Assembly: GCA_037130655.1 (NCBI GenBank)
Contig: JBAXSP010000001.1
Location: forward strand, 101,830 to 165,829
Length of the DNA stretch: 64,000 nt
Source: a bacterium
GTDB taxonomy: Bacteria > Patescibacteriota > Minisyncoccia > Phycocordibacterales > UBA9973
Direction of reading: 5' to 3'
A program made the position numbers and the translations under genes. Position 1 is the stretch's first letter, and every line of letters begins with the position of its first letter. Of the stretch, positions 22,301-30,700 are shown piece after piece. The notes beneath the pieces are model-generated. The model was not told the DNA's origin and did no database searches. It saw nothing but the letters and a program-made list of their open reading frames with translations.

Positions 22301-22483
22301 CAATTCAAACTTCTTTTCAGAATAGTCTTTGATTGGAGTGAACTCATTGAATACTTCTTTGAGTCCTTGTTCGACGAGCCATTTATAAGATGCTAGTTGG
22401 TTCTCGATAAGATTCGGGAATTCAACCAACGGCTTTTTGTACTTTGAAAAGTACTTTTTCTTCCTCATTGCGATGTCTTTCAT
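19319..22483 (-). CDS. rpoB: RNA polymerase beta subunit
   Basis: GDKLAGRHGNKG, GGQRFGEME; start probably ATG 22483 or 22468. Confidence 0.99.
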   Translation of the reverse strand: MKDIAMRKKKYFSKYKKPLVEFPNLIENQLASYKWLVEQGLKEVFNEFTPIKDYSEKKFELEIVSFTIGEPKFDEEHARINKLTYEVPIKVRFRLLNKITGSTKEQEIFLSDLPMMTTRGTFVINGVERVIVPQLARSAGVFFIDQDLKGKRVFGAKVIPARGVWMEIETEQDGTLAVRIDKKRKFPITSLLRVMGYHTDEAIMKAFAGTKHEALIALSIEKDTAKNLNDSYVEIYKRLRDGDLATADNAKGYIDSLFGADRYDISPVGRFRLNQQLGKPTDKKALEQKLLTKEDLAMIVSHTLTLNITPNAKPDDIDHLGKRRVKFMGEMIQAKVRVGMTQIKRNVQDRMSTIDVATAMPMQIINQRPLQARIKEFFTTNQLSQFMDQENVLAETEHLRRLSALGSGGLTRERASLEVRDVHTSHYGRVCPIQTPEGPNIGLVVHLATYAKINEFGIIETPYAKVKNGKITSEIVYLNALEEEEYTIAHAALNYDDKGVITDEYVGARVKTIPGLVKPTDLHFVDVATNQPFSIAASMIPFLDHDDANRSLMGSNMQRQAVPCIRPEAPLVSTGMEELAAKDCGRMVLAAVDGEVVHVDSAKVIIEDKQGKKHTQTLKSFSQTNGFNAFNQRPIVSMGQKLKKGMVIADASSTDGGQMAIGQNAFVAFMPWNGQNYEDAIIISERLIKNSKFTSVHIEEYVCTVRDTKLGPEVTTRDIPNVGEVKLKDLDEDGIVRVGAELREGDILVGKITPKGETELTPEERLLRSIFAEKARDVKDTSMRLDKGARGRVVGVRIFSREQGHNLESGIIKKIIITVAQIRNISVGDKLAGRHGNKGVISVVLPEEDMPYMADGTPVDVVLTPLGVPSRMNLGQVLELHLGMAAQEGNYQAVVPIFGGATAPEIMKELGNVGLPEHGRIPLFDGRTGEQFENEIAVGYMYILKLHHMVEDKIHMRSIGPYSLITQQPLGGKAQGGGQRFGEMEVWALEGYGVSHVLREMITVKSDDILGRSATYDAIIKGEPLPQPNAPASFSVMLNYLRGLALHINLKKKK

Positions 22484-22654
22484 ATATAAAGGATAGCTTC
22501 TCGTACACACAAAAAATAAAAAACGAAAACACGCAATCTCTGCGTCTTTTTAAATTATTTATTTAAAGAGTGTAAAATCAGCAAAAAAATCGGTAAATTA
22601 ACACACTGATAAAGATCAATTTCACCCACAACTCAATCAATCAATCGTGAAGAA

Positions 22655-22696
22655 AATATACCAAATCCCCCACCCTCTGTCAATCAGTTATCCACA
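22655..22696 (-). promoter_or_regulatory. rpoB sigma70 promoter with adjacent DnaA box
   Basis: Minus strand TTGACA-17 nt-TATATT; TTATCCACA at 22688-22696. Confidence 0.75.
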
Positions 22697-22731
22697 GGAC
22701 AATTTTTGGGATTATGATATCAGCTCCGCTC

Positions 22732-22825
22732 GTGGAGAAGTGCTGGCAAAGCACGCATATTTTTGTGGTCAAAAATTGCTTTGCTCGACCAACCGTCTGC
22801 ACAGAGCCTTGCCAACACTTTCCAC
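22732..22825 (-). ncRNA. Structured motif, family F1 copy 1 (multi-branch junction, ACCA loop)
   Basis: About 20-bp outer stem with G-T wobbles on minus strand; covaries with 30602-30693. Confidence 0.6.
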
Positions 22826-22850
22826 TCGCTCCGTGAAAAAGCTACAGATT

Positions 22851-25800
22851 TTATAATTTAGAAATAAATTCAACCAAATTATCCATTTCTTTACTATGAT
22901 CATGCCACCAACGAGTTGACCATATTCTATAGACAACAAAACCCATTTCTTTAAGTTCTTTTTGTCTATACATATCATGTGCATAGGCTTCATTTGAAGA
23001 ATGGTATGTTTTACCGTCGCACTCAATTGCTATCTTTTTTTCATTGATATTCAGAACAAAATCAATTCTAAAACCACCTATTTTATGTTGAATAGAAATT
23101 TGATCTTTAGAAAATTTTTCAGAAAGCATTTCATAAACCTCTTGCTCAAAAGGAGATTCTGTTAAACCTTCTTCTAATACAAAATTAGCTCTTGGTGCCT
23201 CATGACTATTTTGTTTAAGACTTTCAAGTATAGACTGAACTCGAGTTATATCACCATTACTAACAGCTTCAGAATAAGCTAAATATGCATAAAAAATACC
23301 TTTCTTGTTATTACCAGTAGATTCTATAATTTGCTCATATCCATGATATTTTTCCTTAGGAACCGAAGTGCAAACGTATACTTTATATTTTGCACGTGTA
23401 ATTAGAACATTAAGAAGCTTATATCCTTTTGTATAATTAACTGGACCAAAACGCTCGAGAAATCTACCATCATCTCCTTTTCCGTAGGTAGTAGAGATTA
23501 TAATTATATCCATTTCATCTCCTTGAATATTTTCAAGATTTTTTATAAAAAGACCTGATTCTTTTATTCCATCTAATATTTTAGCAAAATCTTCATTTTC
23601 AGAACTGAACTTATCCAATGCATCTCTAATTTCATTTCTTTGTTTTAAGTTAAAAGTAGCAATACCTACGGAAGGATAGGTACCGTCTGGTTTAACATGA
23701 ATATCCTCACTTATAATTCTTAAAACTTCTTTTACTTCACTCTCATTAATATTATTTTTATAATGCCCATTAACTTGAACAAGCTCAATAGGAGAATAAT
23801 CATTCATAGCAGGAAACGGAACTAAATTTCCTCCATAAAAAGCTGCGTTTGAAAAATCTATAAGAGCAGGGTGTTTGGAACGATAGTGATAGTCTAAGTA
23901 TGAATAACTTTTTTTAGGTAAATTTTCTGCATAATCGAGAAGTGATTCACTTGATGCAAGTTGTCGCTCCATTTCCTCTTCAGATATTTCCATATCATCA
24001 ATATCTTGATATATAGCATCCGTTGAAACTCCTCCTGTTTCAAAAAAACTTGAAGGTGGCATTTGGTGCTTATCACCTGCAATAACTTTGTATTTTCCGC
24101 GAATGAATGAGGTAAAAACATCTTCTATTCTCAACTGACTTGCTTCATCAAAAATTACCACGTCAAACAGACCTTGTTTTAAAGGAAGCACAGAATCAGA
24201 AGCAACCGGATTTGTAAGTATCACAGGAAAAATGCTAGTGAAAAGATCAAATTCTGATTGAATAATTCTACGTAATGGATTAGCTCTGTCCGAGACTTTA
24301 TTTTTTCTTAAATTATAAAGAAGATTAAAACCATTCTTTCTTTCATAAAGATTTTTTTGATTCTTTGCATTGTCGTCCCAATCACTACGAATTTTCAGTT
24401 TTTGCTCTTTTTTCAATTGATCATAAAGATCTGTGAGTGTTTTAAGCTCTTCATCACTAGTATTCAATGAGCCAATTTTAGATTCATGATTAATCAAAGC
24501 TCCATACAGATACCATGCAGTGTACGCACCTAACCAGTCATCTACACCATATTGACAGAGTGATGAAATTAAAGATTTTTGATTTGAATTCAATTTGTTT
24601 AAATAAAACATCCAACGATAAAATGGTTCATATTCATGAATTTCTTTTTTCAAACTATCAAAAAATACAATCTCCTTTTCAATGTAATCCTTATACTCTG
24701 ATATTCCTTTTATAGAAACAAAATTAATTGGCTTTCTTTTAGTAAATACATCGTAATCATTTATTAAGATATTTTCTTCATCTACAAAATATTTATTTAA
24801 TTTCAAAATATTTTTTATTTTTTCTATAATTAAATTCGACTCCTCGTGTAGTAAATTTAATTTTTCTAAAACTGAAGATATGTTTGTTGTTTCATCAAAA
24901 TTAATCAAACCAATTAATGATTCTTTTTCAGAATCAATTATATTATTATATGTATCAATCTTTAATAAACATGATGTCTTTTTTTCATTTAAAATCTTTT
25001 TTCTTTTGTTAAAAAAAGCTTCAAAAATATCAATATTTTTGATTTTGAGTAATTCTTTTTCTGAATATTTAGTATAATCCTGATAATCATTTAATGTAGA
25101 TATACTCTCTTGTAGTAAATTTTTTATCTTTTGAAAAAAATCTATTCCATTTTTTAAATTTTGTTGATCTGTAATAAAGTACTTACCAATAGAAATATCT
25201 TCTTCTGATAGATTGTTTATTTTTTCAAGTAATCCAGATAATATTTTTTCCTTATTCTTTACAAATTTAGATAAGTTATCACTTGATAATCTTGAATATT
25301 CTACTTTAAATAAGTTTTTATTTATTTCTTTTAGTGCGATAAGATTATTTATATTAAAAGCTTTATATAAATTGGTAGCATTGAAAATTATATCTTTTAA
25401 ATTCAAAAATTCCGTTTCTTCAAACGAATATTTCTCATAATCTAATTGTTCTTCAATTTTAATATAATCATGTTTTCTGCTATTTTGCAGAAAATCTCCA
25501 ATTGTTTCTTTCCAATTCTTACCTACTACTTTTTTAAAAAGTTCTGTATGTTTTTGATTAAAAATATCTCTTAGTCTAAGAAATTTTTTATATTTTAAAT
25601 CAAAATCATTTGAATTGTAGATGTTCCTAGATAGGTTTTCTGCTCGTAGCCTAGCTTTCTTTACAACCTCATTTCTATCTTTATTTACGTCATCTATAAT
25701 TACAATATACTGATCCAACCCAACATCTTTTAAATTCCTATATATTACTTCTAATGCTGTCTTTTTTTCACAAACAACTAGACACCTGCCACCATTTTCC

Positions 25801-26801
25801 AAAGTGTTAGTTATTATTGCTGTTAAAGCCTGACTTTTTCCGGTACCTGGCGGCCCTTGGATAAGTTTTATCTCTGTATCAGTAAAAGAATTTATTAACT
25901 CCTCTTTACTTGGGTCAGTTTTAACAGAACTGACTGTGGAAGTTTGAAAACTTTCAATAACAAGTTTATTATTTTGAAATTCTTCAAGTTTCTTTAGAAG
26001 TTCTTCATTACAGTGAATAATAGATTCTTTTCTAGATTTATATATACCAAAAACAGCTGACCATTGAATCCAAACATTATCTGTTGCCAAAGAATCAAGC
26101 TTCTCTTTACCCGGACAAGGTTCTAACTTAATACTCAATTTACTATTCTCAGAATTAACATTTAACTGAGATAAAATATTATTACAAATATCAATGAGCT
26201 CCTTTTCATTTATTAAATTATCTTCTAAAAGAGATTCGGATAATTGATCGAGATTTATTTGAGCATCACTAGCAACGTGACTTCTCAAAAGTTCATTTAG
26301 TACAATTGGAGAATTTTCATCACGAGTGATGATCCAAGAATTTGTCTTATTGGCCGATTTTTGTATATCTAAATTCCAAATGAGTAGAGGTGCTTTGATT
26401 ACCTTGGTTGGATCACTAGTATCACGTCGAATTAAAATAGGATACCCAATACCGAAGTTTTTTATACCGAACTCAAGAAATTGATCTTCGTTCTCATAAA
26501 CTATGTTATTTAACTTTCTTGATAAAAGAAAAAGGGAATTTTTTTGATTTTCTCCTAATTTAGATATATCAATATTGTCAAAATTAATTTCAAAAGAGAG
26601 CCTTTCTTCACTTAACAATCTTTGTAAAAAATTTAGTGAAGAATCAGGAGATATGGCATCAAATGCACTCAAATCAAGCCGTGAAGCAAATCGCCCAGGT
26701 AGCGCATTGAGATGGATACCTCGACGGTTCCCTACCTTAAGCTTGTTTAACAAACCATTAATAAACTCCTTATTAAAATTGATTTGAGAAACTTCATTCA
26801 T
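22851..26801 (-). CDS. SF1 (UPF1-like) helicase with C-terminal Vsr/DUF559-like nuclease, Hhe-like putative defence protein
   Basis: QGPPGTGKSQ, FDEASQ, GDKHQMPP, HYRS, QGDE, LNVLITRA; ESPFE..RIDF..IECDG..H; very AT-rich. Confidence 0.85.
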   Translation of the reverse strand: MNEVSQINFNKEFINGLLNKLKVGNRRGIHLNALPGRFASRLDLSAFDAISPDSSLNFLQRLLSEERLSFEINFDNIDISKLGENQKNSLFLLSRKLNNIVYENEDQFLEFGIKNFGIGYPILIRRDTSDPTKVIKAPLLIWNLDIQKSANKTNSWIITRDENSPIVLNELLRSHVASDAQINLDQLSESLLEDNLINEKELIDICNNILSQLNVNSENSKLSIKLEPCPGKEKLDSLATDNVWIQWSAVFGIYKSRKESIIHCNEELLKKLEEFQNNKLVIESFQTSTVSSVKTDPSKEELINSFTDTEIKLIQGPPGTGKSQALTAIITNTLENGGRCLVVCEKKTALEVIYRNLKDVGLDQYIVIIDDVNKDRNEVVKKARLRAENLSRNIYNSNDFDLKYKKFLRLRDIFNQKHTELFKKVVGKNWKETIGDFLQNSRKHDYIKIEEQLDYEKYSFEETEFLNLKDIIFNATNLYKAFNINNLIALKEINKNLFKVEYSRLSSDNLSKFVKNKEKILSGLLEKINNLSEEDISIGKYFITDQQNLKNGIDFFQKIKNLLQESISTLNDYQDYTKYSEKELLKIKNIDIFEAFFNKRKKILNEKKTSCLLKIDTYNNIIDSEKESLIGLINFDETTNISSVLEKLNLLHEESNLIIEKIKNILKLNKYFVDEENILINDYDVFTKRKPINFVSIKGISEYKDYIEKEIVFFDSLKKEIHEYEPFYRWMFYLNKLNSNQKSLISSLCQYGVDDWLGAYTAWYLYGALINHESKIGSLNTSDEELKTLTDLYDQLKKEQKLKIRSDWDDNAKNQKNLYERKNGFNLLYNLRKNKVSDRANPLRRIIQSEFDLFTSIFPVILTNPVASDSVLPLKQGLFDVVIFDEASQLRIEDVFTSFIRGKYKVIAGDKHQMPPSSFFETGGVSTDAIYQDIDDMEISEEEMERQLASSESLLDYAENLPKKSYSYLDYHYRSKHPALIDFSNAAFYGGNLVPFPAMNDYSPIELVQVNGHYKNNINESEVKEVLRIISEDIHVKPDGTYPSVGIATFNLKQRNEIRDALDKFSSENEDFAKILDGIKESGLFIKNLENIQGDEMDIIIISTTYGKGDDGRFLERFGPVNYTKGYKLLNVLITRAKYKVYVCTSVPKEKYHGYEQIIESTGNNKKGIFYAYLAYSEAVSNGDITRVQSILESLKQNSHEAPRANFVLEEGLTESPFEQEVYEMLSEKFSKDQISIQHKIGGFRIDFVLNINEKKIAIECDGKTYHSSNEAYAHDMYRQKELKEMGFVVYRIWSTRWWHDHSKEMDNLVEFISKL

Positions 26802-26842
26802 GGTATTTATATATCTTTTAATTTTATCACACTTAGTTATAT

Positions 26843-27562
26843 CTATCTGTTATTTTTAGAATTCTTCCACTCTTCAATCTTCTTATGGTCTCCTGAGAGT
26901 AGCACTGGTGGGACTTTGTATTTTTTTGTCTTCCCTTCCTTCCCTTTTATTTCAATGATTTCCGGACGAGTATAAAACTCACTTGATGAGACACGTTCTT
27001 CTTCACGAGAATCAAAATTACCGAGCACGCCTTGTACTTGTCGAGAAATAGAATCAATCAAAATCATTGCTGGAATTTCTCCACCAGTCAACACATAGTC
27101 CCCGATTGAAACTTCTTCGATATCAGCCACCCCTTTGGTCAGGTCTTTCAGGATTTTGACTGCACGAGCATCTACTCCTTCATAACGTCCGCAGATCATA
27201 ATGATGTGTTCGTATTTTTTACTCACCGTTTTTGCATACGTTGTATCAAACTTTTTTCCGCTTGGTGAGAAATTGATTATCTTCACTTTTCCTTTTTTGA
27301 TTTTCTTTGTAATAGAAAGCACCGCACGAACAATCGGCTCTGCCATCAATATCATTCCTGGGCCACCACCATATGGACGTTCGTCGATTTGTAGAGAAAT
27401 ATTTCCATCAGGCCAAACTTTGCGATATTTACCAGTCACAAATTTGCGTGGATTCACAAAATCTACTTTGATTTTCTTTTCTTTGATTGCCCGCGCCAAA
27501 ATAGATTCGCCGAGATACGAATCAAACATTTCTGGAAATAGCGTGACGATATGGAATTTCAT
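26843..27562 (-). CDS. trmD: tRNA (guanine37-N1)-methyltransferase
   Basis: TLFPE, PYGGGPGM, CGRYEGVD, SIGDYVLTGGE. Confidence 0.97.
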   Translation of the reverse strand: MKFHIVTLFPEMFDSYLGESILARAIKEKKIKVDFVNPRKFVTGKYRKVWPDGNISLQIDERPYGGGPGMILMAEPIVRAVLSITKKIKKGKVKIINFSPSGKKFDTTYAKTVSKKYEHIIMICGRYEGVDARAVKILKDLTKGVADIEEVSIGDYVLTGGEIPAMILIDSISRQVQGVLGNFDSREEERVSSSEFYTRPEIIEIKGKEGKTKKYKVPPVLLSGDHKKIEEWKNSKNNR

Positions 27563-27658
27563 TGTTTGAATAATACAATATTTCTACCTTTATGTCCAAA
27601 ACAAAAAAAATACGCGATGCCGGCGTATTTTTTATTTCACTATTGTAATCTATAGAAA

Positions 27659-27967
27659 TTACAGATCTTTCAAATCAGCTAATGCTTCATCAATCGATTT
27701 CGAAGCTGGATGTGAACTTCCAACAGGTTCATTGATTTTCAAATTCACCCGTGCGTTATTTTTCATTCCCATTACTCGTAGCAATGTACGGATTGCCTTG
27801 GCAGTATTACCTTGGCGTCCGATGATCTTCCCCATATCTGATGGGTCTACGGTCAATGAAATGAGTACTCCCATTTCATCAACAGTTCGATCGATCACTA
27901 CTTTTTCTGGCTGATCAACCAATGCTTTCACTAAATATTCAAGAAACGCTTTGTCGTCGTACTGCAT
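27659..27967 (-). CDS. khpA: KH-domain RNA-binding protein KhpA
   Basis: DMGKIIGRQGNTAKAIRTLL; between rpsP and trmD. Confidence 0.92.
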   Translation of the reverse strand: MQYDDKAFLEYLVKALVDQPEKVVIDRTVDEMGVLISLTVDPSDMGKIIGRQGNTAKAIRTLLRVMGMKNNARVNLKINEPVGSSHPASKSIDEALADLKDL

Positions 27968-28059
27968 AAAAGAATGTCTAAGTTTTTAATGCGCACCTTT
28001 CGAGTGGCTGTATACATTATAAAATAAATAAAAAAAGTCTTCTGTTAATAAATTTATTT

Positions 28060-28167
28060 AATGACTAGTGACTAATGACCAATGACTAATTTAATCAAAC
28101 AAAATAAAAGAAACTTGCCTTCGGCAAGTTTCTTTTATTGGTCACTAGTCATTAGTAATTGGTCATT
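28060..28167. repeat. Inverted heptamer arrays flanking a palindrome
   Basis: AATGACT-type x4, 17-bp-arm hairpin with TTC/GAA loop, AGTCATT-type x4 starting at the rpsP stop. Confidence 0.9.
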
Positions 28168-28462
28168 ACTTTTGCTTTCTTTTTGTTGTAATAGATTTTT
28201 TCGGAAGTACGTTTTTCTTTGTTCCTTCGATAACTTTTTGGTGAACCAAGAAGTTATGAACTGTTTGTGAAGGTTGTGCACCGTTCGCAATCCAGTGAAG
28301 TACTCGGTCTTTTTTCAAAGTAACGAGATCTCCTTTTGGAGCGTATGAACCCAATATTTCTAAAAACTTTCCACTTTTTGTACTGTTTTTTGAGTCAGTC
28401 AAAACAACGCGAAATTGGGCGTCGTTCTTTCTTCCTGTTCTTAGTAGTCTGATTGCTAACAT
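28166..28462 (-). CDS. rpsP: 30S ribosomal protein S16
   Basis: MLAIRLLRTGRKN..GKFLEILGSY..GAQPSQTV. Confidence 0.96.
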   Translation of the reverse strand: MLAIRLLRTGRKNDAQFRVVLTDSKNSTKSGKFLEILGSYAPKGDLVTLKKDRVLHWIANGAQPSQTVHNFLVHQKVIEGTKKNVLPKKSITTKRKQK

Positions 28463-28513
28463 ATGGAGAGATAATAACAGAATAACCTCAAAAACGCAAG
28501 GTAGGTCAAGCTA

Positions 28514-28618
28514 CTAGCGTCTAGCTCCTAGCAACTAGCTTAAATTCATGGGCGATTGGCGAAGCCAATCGCCCGGTATTTTGTGTTCCTTATACTTATA
28601 CTAAATCCTTATACTACT
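28514..28618. repeat. CTAGCNN heptamer array, GAA-loop palindrome and TACTTA-like array
   Basis: ctagcgt ctagctc ctagcaa ctagct; gggcgattggc-gaa-gccaatcgccc (28550-28574). Confidence 0.75.
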
Positions 28619-28644
28619 GTGCTTTTTATGTTATATTTATCTAT

Positions 28645-30579
28645 ATGAATACTCCCTCAAATCAAACAGATACAACCCAATACGATGGGGTTGTTTTTAT
28701 TTCAGCTAAAGGTGCCGGTTTCGTCAAAGTAAAGGATCTTGAAAACAGTATCGAGATAGCTCCTGACATGTTGGCGACTGCGCTTCATGGCGACAAAGTC
28801 ACTGCAATCATCACGGGCACCAATGAATACGGTTCACCAACTGGTAAAATCACCAGCATCGTTACTCGTTCAAAACGCGGATTTGCCGGTACCCTTGTCG
28901 AAGAATCAGGCAAATGTTTACTTCGTCCAAGTGATCCCAAAATGCACCTCCCTATCGAAATCAAAGATGGTTGTACTGCAGGTGCAAATCTTGGGCAAAA
29001 AGTGTTCGCGGTGATTACTGATTGGAAAAGCCAAGCAGATCTACCAAAAGGTGAAGTCACACACGTCCTCGGAATGCCGATGGAAAACAATGCCGAGATG
29101 CAAGGTCTCGCTCTTGAAAAAGGATTTGATTCAACATTTCCAAGTAGTGTAGACAAAGAAGCTGAAGCTTGGAAAACTGAAGGAATTCCAGCAAGTGAAA
29201 TAGCTATTCGTCGTGATATGCGAGGCACAACAACATTCACTATCGACCCAGCCGATGCCAAAGACTTCGACGACGCATTGTCATTCAAAAAGTTGGACAA
29301 TGATAATTTCGAAATCGGTATTCACATTGCTGATGTATCACACTATGTTCGCCCAGGCACTGAGCTCGACAAAGAAGCATATCAACGCGCAACATCTGTA
29401 TATCTTGTAGACCGCACCATTCCAATGCTTCCCGAAGCACTATCAAACGAGCTTTGTAGTTTGAATCCAAATGAAGACAAACTCACCATGAGTGCCGTGT
29501 TTGAATTGAACGACAAAGGTGATGTCATTTCTGAATGGTTCGGCAAAACAATCATTCACTCTGACAAACGTTTTACCTACGAAGAAGCACAAGGAATCAT
29601 CGATGCAAAAACTGGAATCTTTTTTGATGAACTAGATACATTGAACAAAATTGCCAAAAATCTAACGGTTGCCCGAATGAAAGCAGGTGCACTGTCACTT
29701 GATCAAGATGAGGTTCGTTTTGTGCTTGATGAAAACGGTGTGCCGATCAAGGTCTACAAAAAAGAACGTGGTGACACAAACAAATTGATTGAAGAATTTA
29801 TGTTGCTTGCAAACAGAAAGGTAGCAGAATTCATCGCCAAGAAATCTGAACTCGATGAAAATATTTTCGTCTATCGTATTCACGATTTACCTAACAAAGA
29901 AAAGATGCACGAGTTGTCACTCTTTTTGAAGAAGCTCGGCTATCCAGTCACACTCAAAGACGGCATTATCCCGTCAGTTGAACTCAATCGCGTATTGGAA
30001 AAACTAGAAGGCAAAGAAGAAAAGAATACGGTGCATACTTCTATCATTCGTTCAATGGCCAAAGCGATTTATTCGACAGAAAACATCGGCCACTACGGAC
30101 TAGCGTTTGAATACTACACACACTTCACTTCTCCGATTCGTCGCTACCCAGACACCATCGTGCACCGTCTCCTTGAAGAATATTTACAAGGCCACAAAGT
30201 TCCAAAAGAACAATGGGAAGAATATATGAAAATTTGTCAGCATTCTTCTGATCGTGAAAAAGAAGCCGCTGAAGCAGAGCGTGCAAGTATCAAATACAAA
30301 CAAGTTGAATATATGTCATATCGAATCGGCCAAGTATTCGACGGTGTCGTTACTGGTATTTCAAAAAACGGTATCTTCGTAGAAGAAAAAGAAACAAAAT
30401 GTGAAGGTATGATTCGCTTGCGAGATTTGGGCAGTGACTTTTATTCATTCAACGACAAAGATAATACAATCATCGGACGAAGTAGTCGCAAGGTATTCAA
30501 AATTGGTGACAACCTCCGCATCAAAGTGACCGCTGCTGATATGCAAAAAAGAATTATCGATTACACCCTGTCTGTTTAA
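28645..30579 (+). CDS. rnr: Ribonuclease R
   Basis: TIDPADAKDFDDA, HFTSPIRRYPD, C-terminal S1 domain. Confidence 0.96.
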   Translation: MNTPSNQTDTTQYDGVVFISAKGAGFVKVKDLENSIEIAPDMLATALHGDKVTAIITGTNEYGSPTGKITSIVTRSKRGFAGTLVEESGKCLLRPSDPKMHLPIEIKDGCTAGANLGQKVFAVITDWKSQADLPKGEVTHVLGMPMENNAEMQGLALEKGFDSTFPSSVDKEAEAWKTEGIPASEIAIRRDMRGTTTFTIDPADAKDFDDALSFKKLDNDNFEIGIHIADVSHYVRPGTELDKEAYQRATSVYLVDRTIPMLPEALSNELCSLNPNEDKLTMSAVFELNDKGDVISEWFGKTIIHSDKRFTYEEAQGIIDAKTGIFFDELDTLNKIAKNLTVARMKAGALSLDQDEVRFVLDENGVPIKVYKKERGDTNKLIEEFMLLANRKVAEFIAKKSELDENIFVYRIHDLPNKEKMHELSLFLKKLGYPVTLKDGIIPSVELNRVLEKLEGKEEKNTVHTSIIRSMAKAIYSTENIGHYGLAFEYYTHFTSPIRRYPDTIVHRLLEEYLQGHKVPKEQWEEYMKICQHSSDREKEAAEAERASIKYKQVEYMSYRIGQVFDGVVTGISKNGIFVEEKETKCEGMIRLRDLGSDFYSFNDKDNTIIGRSSRKVFKIGDNLRIKVTAADMQKRIIDYTLSV

Positions 30580-30601
30580 AAAGTTCGAAAAGAATTTCAA
30601 A

Positions 30602-30693
30602 ATAAAATATTTTTTTGAGACTTGCGCAGTCGGGTAGACGAGCAGAGCAAAAATTCACCAGAATTTTATGCGTGTCTCAAAAAAATATTTTAT
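30602..30693 (+). ncRNA. Structured motif, family F1 copy 2
   Basis: Perfect 20-bp outer stem; GTC-GGGTA-GAC; AAAATTC-ACCA-GAATTTT. Confidence 0.6.
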
Positions 30694-30700
30694 AAAAACT

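Noticed and set aside
15813-22396. Many 60-150 aa antisense and alternate-frame ORFs within rpoC/rpoB and other core genes
   Set aside because: Shadow ORFs of long coding sequences with no independent evidence
22688-22696. DnaA box as replication origin
   Set aside because: Only one clear box, with no cluster and no dnaA/dnaN nearby
28060-28167. Short repeat arrays as CRISPR
   Set aside because: Units are 7 nt, tandem without spacers; no cas genes in the window
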